Of a stretch of DNA of 24,000 nt, positions 7,015 through 14,544 are shown one piece after another. Each line of letters starts with the position of its first letter. The stretch's first letter is position 1. The stretch spans positions 1 through 24,000 of the forward strand of contig NZ_SPQS01000041.1 of the NCBI RefSeq assembly GCF_004570865.1. The letters are read 5' to 3'. Source of the stretch: Bradyrhizobium frederickii (GTDB lineage Bacteria > Pseudomonadota > Alphaproteobacteria > Rhizobiales > Xanthobacteraceae). A program made the translations under genes and the position numbers. The notes beneath the pieces were generated by a model. It searched no databases and was not told where the DNA came from. It saw nothing but the letters and a program-made list of their open reading frames with translations.

Positions 7015-8337
7015 ATGAGAACATTCTGTTTCCACGAAAGCTCATGCGTGCGTGTAGTCTTATCGGCAGCGGCGGCGATCATGCAGATCGGAATACTGAT
7101 CTTCGTCCCAGATGCTGCTCTGGCGCATGGTGAGCGTAATCAGGAGCCGTTTCTGCGGATGCGAACGGCTCATTTTTACGATGTGAAGTGGAGCACGAAC
7201 GAAACTCCCGTGAACGGTGAAATCGTTGTCACCGGCAAGTTCCGACTCTTCCCGATCTGGCCAGTCAACCTACCCCTTCCCGAAGCGGCCTTTCTGGGAA
7301 ACGGGACGCCGGGCCCGGTGCTAGCCCGAACCGAGAGCTACATTAATGGCGTCCCTGCAATTCAGTCCACCAAACTGGAGTTGAACCGGGACTATGAATT
7401 CAAAACAGTGCTCAAAGGACGAGTGCCAGGCCACCATCACGTCCATCCGATGATCAACGTGATGGGAGCCGGGCCGCTGCTCGGACCGGGAAACTGGCTG
7501 ACGGTGACGGGGAACGAAAGCGACTTCAAGCTTTCAATCAAAACTCTCAGTGGCGAGACTATCGACAATCTCGAAACCTGGGGCCTTGGCAGGGTGTTCT
7601 TCTGGCATGGCTTGTGGGTTGCGATCGCCATCGTGTGGCTTGTCTGGTGGTTGCGCCGGCCGCTCCTGCTGCCTCGTTTTCGCGCGTTGACGGAAAAAGG
7701 CGGCGATCGATCTCAGCTCGTTACCAGCACCGATCGCCTATTCGGGGCCGGTTTGCTCGTGGCGACGATTCTCATCGTATTCTTCGGCTTTCAGGCGACC
7801 GACACCGCTTATCCAAGGACGGTGCCGCTGCAAGGGTCCCGCGCAACCGTCGAGCCCCTACCGGAAGTGCCTGAGCAGGTCAAAGTTGCGGTCAACAAGT
7901 CAAACTATGACGTCCCTGGCCGCTCGCTTCGTATGAACGTGACACTGACGAACAATGGGAGCTCGTCAGCACAGCTTGGCGAGCTCTTAACTTCCAATCA
8001 GCGCTTCATCAACCATGAGGTTAGCCAGGCAATGGCGACGGTGGATCCGAATTACCCCAAGGAATTGCTTCCTCCGAATGGGCTAAAGGTGAGCGACAGC
8101 CGACCGCTCAAGCCGGGTGAAACGAAGACAGTCGATATCGAAGCGGCCGACGCGGCATGGGAGACGGAGCGCTTGAGTAGCCTGATCAACGATCCGGACA
8201 ACACGTTGGGAGGACTGTTGTTCTTCTATGACGAGCACGGCAAGCGGACAATCTCAAACGTCAGCGGCCCCATGGTCCCTGTATTCACCGATCCCGACAA
8301 CCGCACGGCTGAGAATCCGACAGGAGGTGCGGGTTGA
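7015..8337 (+). CDS. pmoB: Copper membrane monooxygenase subunit B (PmoB/AmoB family)
   Basis: A GGAGGA Shine-Dalgarno lies upstream. The signal peptide ends ALA|HGERNQEPFLRMRTAHFYDVKWS. GHHHVHPMINVMGAGPLLGPGNW contains the H-x-H copper ligands. There are two internal TM helices (VFFWHGLWVAIAIVWLVWW and LFGAGLLVATILIVFFGF) and a C-terminal cupredoxin-like half. Confidence 0.95.
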   Translation: MRTFCFHESSCVRVVLSAAAAIMQIGILIFVPDAALAHGERNQEPFLRMRTAHFYDVKWSTNETPVNGEIVVTGKFRLFPIWPVNLPLPEAAFLGNGTPGPVLARTESYINGVPAIQSTKLELNRDYEFKTVLKGRVPGHHHVHPMINVMGAGPLLGPGNWLTVTGNESDFKLSIKTLSGETIDNLETWGLGRVFFWHGLWVAIAIVWLVWWLRRPLLLPRFRALTEKGGDRSQLVTSTDRLFGAGLLVATILIVFFGFQATDTAYPRTVPLQGSRATVEPLPEVPEQVKVAVNKSNYDVPGRSLRMNVTLTNNGSSSAQLGELLTSNQRFINHEVSQAMATVDPNYPKELLPPNGLKVSDSRPLKPGETKTVDIEAADAAWETERLSSLINDPDNTLGGLLFFYDEHGKRTISNVSGPMVPVFTDPDNRTAENPTGGAG

Positions 8338-8900
8338 ACACCGTAAAAGCCGCAGTGCTTGGAATTCCATCTTTGCTCCTCATCCTAGACTGCGGTGGGG
8401 CGCGGCCAGCGATTGCACACGGGGGAGTATCGATGGAGAAAGACGTGTGCAAGCTTCGCGCAGGGCCCTATATGATGCATTTTACCGGATACCAGCCGGT
8501 CAAGCAGGGGAATCAGGAGTTTTGCGAGGACATTCCGGAAATCGGCCGCACCGTCATCGTCTTGGATACCATCGGCGATGTGCTACGTGATCTGCCCATC
8601 GAGGTGCGGTTGTTGCGAGACGCCGGCAACGACGTAGACAGCGAGGCCGTCCTTCGAATCCCGCCAAAAAAATATCCGACAGGCTCACTATCGTTTCAGT
8701 ACACGTTCCCCGAATCCGGGCGCTTTGTGGGCCTCGTGACAGTCGGCGACGGACCGAAATACGTATCGAGATTTCCGTTTTCGGTTGGTTACGGCAACGG
8801 GATTTGGGTCCGATATAGGGACAGTTTCGCAATCGTTCTAGGAACGCTGGCAGCCGGGGCCGCCATGTTTTGGTACTCCACGTTGCGGAAGGAAACCTAG
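8334..8900 (+). CDS. PmoD/AmoD-like periplasmic copper protein with C-terminal membrane anchor (family assignment tentative)
   Basis: The TTG start overlaps the pmoB stop (TTGA at 8334-8337) and follows GGAGGTG at 8323-8329. The protein has a signal peptide (AIA|HGG), a beta-rich domain with exactly two Cys (C39, C64) and a C39-x7-M47-x-H49 motif, and a C-terminal TM helix (FAIVLGTLAAGAAMFWY). The existence of the ORF is well supported. The family call rests on architecture, motif and gene position. Confidence 0.7.
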   Translation: MNTVKAAVLGIPSLLLILDCGGARPAIAHGGVSMEKDVCKLRAGPYMMHFTGYQPVKQGNQEFCEDIPEIGRTVIVLDTIGDVLRDLPIEVRLLRDAGNDVDSEAVLRIPPKKYPTGSLSFQYTFPESGRFVGLVTVGDGPKYVSRFPFSVGYGNGIWVRYRDSFAIVLGTLAAGAAMFWYSTLRKET

Positions 8901-8944
8901 GCTATCACTTTGTCGACCGCTGACTTGCAATAAGGGGCACACGC

Positions 8945-9472
8945 ATGTCTCACGAAAAACACGGAAACAAGAGCGATTGCATCCGAGTAGCGACGGGGCC
9001 ATCACTTGATCATGCTGGCACGCCAAACTTGACCGCCGGCACCGGCAGGGCGCGAACTAGGCTGATTCAAGGGACGGTAAAAGAACTCTCGTCCGCAAGC
9101 AGGCGTCCGGTATCAGCGCTTGGCATCACGTTGCTGTGCGTTGGCCTCGTGTGCCTGCCGACAGCTGTCTCTGCACATGCCGCTCTCGTGAAGTCCGATC
9201 CCGCGAGCCGGGCAGTGTTAGCTCATTCGCCGCAGCAGATCGAACTGTGCTTCAACGAACGCATAGAGCTCAAGTTTTCGAAAGTGGAGCTCAAGAACGC
9301 CAACGGTCAGTCGCTAACGCTCGGCGATTTGAAAGCAGGCAATGATCCGAAGTGTATGGTAACGGCAGTATCTGACATTAGACCAGGCAGCTATTCGGTT
9401 CATTACCGCGTGCTCTCGCAAGACGGGCATGTGGTGGACTACGGCTATCAGTTCACCGTCGAGGAACGTTAG
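8945..9472 (+). CDS. copC: CopC-family periplasmic copper-binding protein
   Basis: An AAGGGG Shine-Dalgarno precedes the ATG at 8945. The hydrophobic segment ALGITLLCVGLVCLPTAVSA is followed by |HAALVKSDPA, the CopC N-terminal H-x-x-L-x-x-S-x-P signature. The C-terminal SQDGHVVDYGYQFTV is also typical. There is no Met-rich Cu(I) loop, so this is the Cu(II)-only type. An unusual cytoplasmic leader of about 55 aa precedes the hydrophobic segment, so the true start is uncertain. Confidence 0.85.
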   Translation: MSHEKHGNKSDCIRVATGPSLDHAGTPNLTAGTGRARTRLIQGTVKELSSASRRPVSALGITLLCVGLVCLPTAVSAHAALVKSDPASRAVLAHSPQQIELCFNERIELKFSKVELKNANGQSLTLGDLKAGNDPKCMVTAVSDIRPGSYSVHYRVLSQDGHVVDYGYQFTVEER

Positions 9473-9481
9473 GCATGCGGA

Positions 9482-11473
9482 ATGACGGTATTGTTTCCAG
9501 CTCTGTGCAAGGCCATCGCTGACATTGCGCTTGCATGGGTCATAGGCGGAGTACTCTTTCTGTTGCTGGCAGGGCCGTCTTCCGATCCGTTCCTTGCCGC
9601 TTGGCAAAGACGAGTGAAGGTGAGCTTTCTCTGGGCAGCCAGCATTCACCTCTTCGCTACCGCTGGGTTATTTATCGCTCAAGTCGTGGTTGCGACAGAT
9701 ATGGCACTACCGGAGATAGTAGCGTCTGGCCAGACGCTGGAAAACTTCGGATTTGACACACATTACGGTCGGATCACGCTTGCAAGGTTAGCGCTCTCTC
9801 TTGTTTTGCTGCTGCCGACAGCGATCCTAATTCGCGGCAGGTCGAGGGAGCAGCAACGTTCAGCTTCAATCGTGACAGCCGGGACAGCAGCACTGATCGC
9901 GCTGATTGGTCCACTTGCTGGACACGCCGCCGGGGAAGACGACAGCCGTTGGCTCGTTCCGACCTATCAACTTCACGTGCTCGCGGTTTCTGCTTGGCTT
10001 GGGGCCTTACCGGCTTGGATCTGGCTGGTGGCTTCGGTCGCTGTCACCCCCACGGAGACTCGGCGCGTTTATGTCGCAGCGACGCTGCGACGTTTCTCCC
10101 AACTAGCAATCGGTTTCGTGGTCGTCGTCGTCACATCAGGTTTGGTGCTCGCGTTTAGCTCAGCTAGTTCGGCTGGCGAGTGGCTTGGCACGACCTACGG
10201 TCAACTAATTATAACGAAGCTTGCTCTACTTGCATGCATCCTGTTGGTGGCCAATCGGATTCGCACGCGCTTCCTACCCGTCATGGAAACCGTAGGAGCA
10301 AAACCCGCGGCTTTTCTTGCAGGAGCTGGATGGGCAGCAACTGAATTATTTTGCGGTGTTCTGATCGTCGGCTGCGCAGCCGCGCTCTCTTCAGTCATAC
10401 CAGCACGACATGATCAGCCCATCTGGTGGCTGCCGTTTCGCTTTTCGATCGAGGCCACGTGGCCGGCGTGGCCGACGCCCGTTATCGCGGCGGGCGCCTT
10501 CTCACTAGCACTATTGTCACTCTTCTGGGGCCTGCTCGTTTGTTTGAGAAAGCCGCAAAAGGTAAAAGCAGTTGCAGCAAGCGCCGCCGCCGTTATTTCG
10601 GTCGTAGGCGGTCTGTCGCAGATATCCGTGCAAGCCTATCCCGATACTTACCGCCGCCCGTCGGTTGCCTATTCGACGATATCAATAACCAATGGAAAGC
10701 GTCTATTTGCCCAGAATTGTGCGGATTGCCACGGCAGCGGAGGGCTTGGCGATGGTCCGGCGGCATCGACCCTTCCCAAGCCGCCCGCGAATTTGAGCGA
10801 ACCGCATACTGCGCTGCACACGGCCGGCGACATGTTTTGGTGGCTTAGCCATGGAATTCCAAAAAGCGGCATGCCCGGATTTGCTGATGTATTGGACGAA
10901 CAGGCCCGCTGGGATGTGATCAACTTCCTGCGGACGTTTTCAGAGGGATTTCAGGCGCGCCTCCTGTCGCCTGAAATCGTACCCGATCATCCGTGGCTGG
11001 GGGCTCCCAATTTTTTCTTAGAGGACGAAAATGGGGCGGAGAGGGAGCTGAAGGACTTCCGTGAGCAAAGCAATGTGCTGCTCGTGTTTCCCGAAAAGTC
11101 CGATGCAATGCGCGTTGAACAGCTACGCCTTGAGCAGAATAGATTCCGGAAAGAACGATTGTGGGCGATTATCGTGTCGCCGGACGCAAAGCTGGCGGCG
11201 GGCGTCCCGAATGTCCGGCGTGGAGCACAAGAGGTTAGAGAAAGTTACGATCTGCTCTCCCGGAGCACTACAAATCGTGGAGATCCCAAGCGTTTGGAAA
11301 TGGGAAGACATTCCATGGAATTCCTAATCGACAGGTTCGGATACATCCGTGCGCGCTGGTTGCGGGAGGAGGACGAATGTGGTTGGGAAAATTCCGACGA
11401 GCTGATCTCGCGGGTCCGAGTTCTCAATAGAGAGCCCAAAATTCTCCCGCCAGCCGCTCAACATGTGCACTGA
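9482..11473 (+). CDS. copD: CopD-family membrane protein fused to a c-type cytochrome domain and a Cys-less thioredoxin/peroxiredoxin-fold domain
   Basis: The first ~395 aa are a multi-helix hydrophobic CopD-like domain located immediately after copC. Heme motif CADCH is at nt 10718-10732, with a distal Met candidate in KSGMPGF. The C-terminal ~150 aa read APNFFLEDENGAERELKDFREQSNVLLVF...SMEFLIDRFGYIRARW, an AhpC/TSA-like pattern, but the usual Cys position reads FPEKSDAMRVEQL. Confidence 0.8.
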   Translation: MTVLFPALCKAIADIALAWVIGGVLFLLLAGPSSDPFLAAWQRRVKVSFLWAASIHLFATAGLFIAQVVVATDMALPEIVASGQTLENFGFDTHYGRITLARLALSLVLLLPTAILIRGRSREQQRSASIVTAGTAALIALIGPLAGHAAGEDDSRWLVPTYQLHVLAVSAWLGALPAWIWLVASVAVTPTETRRVYVAATLRRFSQLAIGFVVVVVTSGLVLAFSSASSAGEWLGTTYGQLIITKLALLACILLVANRIRTRFLPVMETVGAKPAAFLAGAGWAATELFCGVLIVGCAAALSSVIPARHDQPIWWLPFRFSIEATWPAWPTPVIAAGAFSLALLSLFWGLLVCLRKPQKVKAVAASAAAVISVVGGLSQISVQAYPDTYRRPSVAYSTISITNGKRLFAQNCADCHGSGGLGDGPAASTLPKPPANLSEPHTALHTAGDMFWWLSHGIPKSGMPGFADVLDEQARWDVINFLRTFSEGFQARLLSPEIVPDHPWLGAPNFFLEDENGAERELKDFREQSNVLLVFPEKSDAMRVEQLRLEQNRFRKERLWAIIVSPDAKLAAGVPNVRRGAQEVRESYDLLSRSTTNRGDPKRLEMGRHSMEFLIDRFGYIRARWLREEDECGWENSDELISRVRVLNREPKILPPAAQHVH

Positions 11474-11516
11474 ACTAGTGGAAATCTTTCGGGGCTCGCA
11501 AACAAAGGAGGAAAGC

Positions 11517-12029
11517 ATGCAAATATCATCGCGTCCCAGCCGGGTTGGCGATCGATTCGAACAGTTCATTCGGTGCATGATTCTTGTAGCTGGCGCTCTG
11601 GTCGCGGCTCCAGCCCACGCACAACACCATGAGCCGGGCACACACCATATGCACGGGTCTGACGGTGCGCCTGTTGCGAGATCGGGAAATACCGGCGGGC
11701 TGCCTGCATTGAAGATCCTCCTGCCGCAATCGGGTAATACCATCGGCGAGCGTGTTGCTTTCGTTTTCCAAGCCGACGATAACATCGCAGAAATGACCAT
11801 GAGCTCTGCCAATCCGAGCGTTCATCTGCATGTTGCAATGGACGAAACCGAGCTAATGCCAATGGCAGACCAACTGATCCAGCTTGGTGATGGCCGCTAT
11901 CTCTATGTTTTCGATCTACCTGCCAAGCCTGGTCGGCACATAATAAGACTCTATTGGGCGGATCCGCAGCACCACACAATCTCCGAGACGGTACAGACCC
12001 TCAACGTGGTTGTGAAGGAATCAAAATGA
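11517..12029 (+). CDS. Secreted His/Met-rich protein with DUF4399-like beta-sandwich domain (tentative)
   Basis: I prefer the ATG at 11517, behind AAGGAGGAAAGC, over the upstream 11463 start. The signal peptide is FIRCMILVAGALVAAPAHA. The mature N-terminus is QHHEPGTHHMHGSDG. The pattern LKILLPQSGNTIGERVAFVF...VHLHVAMDE...LGDGRYLYVFDLPAKPGRHIIRLYWADPQHH resembles the DUF4399 pattern as I remember it (P.dG..v..pv.v.F...GHhHl.iD...G.te..l.L.pG.HtL.l..ad..H). Confidence 0.65.
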   Translation: MQISSRPSRVGDRFEQFIRCMILVAGALVAAPAHAQHHEPGTHHMHGSDGAPVARSGNTGGLPALKILLPQSGNTIGERVAFVFQADDNIAEMTMSSANPSVHLHVAMDETELMPMADQLIQLGDGRYLYVFDLPAKPGRHIIRLYWADPQHHTISETVQTLNVVVKESK

Positions 12030-12126
12030 GCAAGCCGTCAATCATTGGGGGCTTAGGTGTGAGCGTTATCAGGAAAGTCATGCGAGTGCGCTAGCTGATC
12101 CGGAAGGATTTTGGGGGAAGCTGCAC

Positions 12127-12793
12127 TCAACTCCTCGCGCATTCGCTCGCGCCCCGCTGACGTGGCAAAGTTATGCTCCGCTCTCGCCAATAATGGTGCG
12201 TCAGGAAATCCCGCCGCTTCTTCGCGTCAGAGATCCTGTCCTTCAGCGCTCCCTCGAAGCCGCTAAATTTTTCGACGCGCCTCATCAGGTTTCCCATCGT
12301 CTGGGTGAATTGGTCATCCATGAGGGCGTCGAAATCGCGCTCGTATTGCTTCCGGTCGAACCCCTTACCTTTCGTCGCGATGTAATCGTCGCGCGCCTTC
12401 TTCATGAATTGCGCAAACAAAAGCACGTGTGCCAGCGCGACCTCAACGACCGAGGGCGTGTAAACCGTGCGGCCGTAATAGGCGACTGTCTCTCCCTGAT
12501 TTCCCAAGCGTGGCGCGTTGCCGTTCGCCGCGATGCCGAACACCGAGTTGGCTATCTGCCAGCGGAAATCGATTTCGCCGCCGGGCGGCTCTGTTGTCGC
12601 ACCAGGACACCTCAGGGCAGGAGGCGGCGCACGGACCACATCGCCAGCGTTGACGAATTCCCAGCATCGACGGCCACTGCCACGATTGAAACCGATGTCA
12701 GAGCCGCTTCGCTCGCAGAGCCGCGCGGCCAGACCACCGACAGCTGCGGCCAGTAATATGAGGACTATTGTGCCCTGGAGCAGCCTTTTTCAT
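12127..12793 (-). pseudogene. Membrane-anchored hypothetical protein with HEPN-like R-x4-H motif; frame broken at an A5 run
   Basis: The long frame (12127-12789) encodes ..KRLLQGTIVLILLAAAVGGLAARL.., an N-terminal TM or signal segment, but has no start codon until the GTG at 12639. The only ATG with a purine-rich Shine-Dalgarno (12793, in ATGAAAAAGG) is one nucleotide out of frame. Removing one A gives MKRLLQGTIVLILL.... The C-terminal helical part ends with DAKKRRDFLTHHYWRE (RDFLTH = R-x4-H). Confidence 0.45.
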
Positions 12794-12874
12794 CCTTCTC
12801 GACCAAAATCCCAGGTCAACGTTCTTGACGGTCTTCACGCAACGCGGATGCATGCCATGCGTTTGTCTGCTTGA

Positions 12875-13762
12875 TCAATTGATAGGGTTGGTAGGTGCCT
12901 GGAGAGATTGTGTCCGCCTCTGGGAATGAATGGCTCGTCTTCGTCTGTGCGGATCAGACGTCAAGGGGGCTTCAGCGCTCTTGGCGGCAGCCGGCACCAG
13001 ATGCACGATCCGATACCCGTTCTGATGCAGGTAGCGCAGGAACGCAGGCAGCATGGCCGCCGTCCGCGTCTGCGCATCATACAGCAGAATGATGCCCCTA
13101 CGAGCGGCCTCGAGCCGCTCGATCAGGATTGTGAGCTCCTGCTCTGGAGTTATGTTCTCCCAATCGCTCGCCCAAAGGTCAGCTCCGAATACGACAATTC
13201 CGCGCGCCTGCAAGAGATCGAGCGTCGCAGGTGTCGCGTCGAAGTAGGGGAACCGGAAGAACGGTGTCGAGGGCATTTTGGTGGACAAACCGTTGAGCCC
13301 CATTTCGACCGCGGCGATACCGCGCTCGATGTCCTCTTTCGCCTGCTCGAACGAGATTTTCGACATCATCGGATGCGACCAGCTGTGGTGCGCTACGGTG
13401 TGCCCCTGGGCGGCCATACGCCGCACGAGTTCGGGAAATTCCGCCGAGGATCGGCCGACCAGAAAGAACGTGGCTCGCGCGCATTCCTGTGCGAGCGCAG
13501 CCAGCACCTTATCCGTGTTCGGCGACCGCGGTCCGTCATCGAAGGTGAGGACGACTTCATAGTCCGCCAGAGGAAGCGTCTCTGGAAAGTTCTTCAGCCC
13601 GACGCGCGGGAAGAGTGCGGCATTGACAGCGAGCACCCACGCCGTGCCGAGCGCATCCCGCCGATTGCAGCTAGAGGCGTCTGGCACGGCAGTACCGGCG
13701 AGCAACGCCAGCCCGGCGCAGCCGATGCGAAAAGCTAATCTAGGCAGGCGCAACTCTATCAT
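12875..13762 (-). CDS. Polysaccharide deacetylase (NodB-homology / CE4 family), secreted
   Basis: The protein has a signal-like N-terminus. CE4 motifs are present: VLTFDDGP (TFDD) and HSWSHP (H-S-x-x-H). The region ATFFLVGR...GHTVAHHSWSHP is typical of the family. Confidence 0.9.
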   Translation of the reverse strand: MIELRLPRLAFRIGCAGLALLAGTAVPDASSCNRRDALGTAWVLAVNAALFPRVGLKNFPETLPLADYEVVLTFDDGPRSPNTDKVLAALAQECARATFFLVGRSSAEFPELVRRMAAQGHTVAHHSWSHPMMSKISFEQAKEDIERGIAAVEMGLNGLSTKMPSTPFFRFPYFDATPATLDLLQARGIVVFGADLWASDWENITPEQELTILIERLEAARRGIILLYDAQTRTAAMLPAFLRYLHQNGYRIVHLVPAAAKSAEAPLTSDPHRRRRAIHSQRRTQSLQAPTNPIN

Positions 13763-14016
13763 TGCGCGTTAGTGCGACCTCGATCGGTTGGTGAGCCCCG
13801 TGGTGCTCAGCAGACTATCTGATCGGCATCGCGGGATTTCGGCGCATCGAGGCTGTGTCGTGCGCAAAAAGGTCGTCGAACGTCCGTTATCCGCTCGAAC
13901 CGCTCCCGCTGCCTGACTTGCTTGAGCGGCGCGTAGGCCGCTTAGCTTTGACAATCGCTGCTGTTCGTCTGCCGCAAGATCAGTGCACCCCGCGTCTGCA
14001 GCACGCGCGGCGCGTG

Positions 14017-14250
14017 TCAGCGGGTATGACGGCGTACCCCTTGGCAGTTCCGGGTATTCGAACTCTGATGATCTTCACTGCCGCGACGTATATTTCCAGA
14101 TCGGCTTGTGAGAGGCCGGGACGGCCTGGATAAACACCCGAGCTGACGAGTGAACGGCAGATGTCTCACGAGGCTCGTCGAGCAACGCAGCAGTTGAGCA
14201 GCTTCGCTTTCCGTCCACATCTGCGAGTTCGGTTTGATTCTGCGCTTCAT
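14017..14250 (-). pseudogene. Possible AlpA/excisionase-type HTH gene remnant (frame broken)
   Basis: The ATG at 14250 reads MKRRIKPNSQMWTESEAAQLLRCSTSLVRHL, an HTH-like pattern (..EAA.LL..S.S.....). A second frame continues ..GRPGLSQADLEIYVAAV, resembling the C-terminal DLE.Y of excisionase-family proteins. The evidence is weak. Confidence 0.25.
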
Positions 14251-14544
14251 CGCGCGATTCAAACACGGTGCACCTTTTGTGTGTCGATATAACTAATTGC
14301 TCAATACGTGTTATACAAAATAATACAACTTAAACGGTGACATGGCCGAATGGCATTTCCTATTGTCGCGATGAGGTCCAGAAAACCTCGTACGGCAGGC
14401 GGAATAGTTTTTCCCCAAACTCCGGAGTCCTCGGGCGTATGTCCAGTGGCGCAAGCCTAAAGGCGCGAGGGAGCGCCTGTCGTTGCTTATTTCTGGCTCC
14501 GGACGACTATCTCGATCTCAGGAAGATCGACGGAGAATACGACA

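Noticed and set aside
12908-13738. 276-aa plus-strand ORF opposite the polysaccharide deacetylase
   Set aside because: It is a shadow ORF. The minus strand carries the CE4 TFDD and HSxxH motifs.
14260-14340. AT-rich stretch with ATACAA repeats between the excisionase-like remnant and the small plus-strand ORFs. I considered it as a divergent promoter.
   Set aside because: A promoter is plausible, but I cannot identify convincing -35/-10 elements or a transcription factor site by eye. It was not called.
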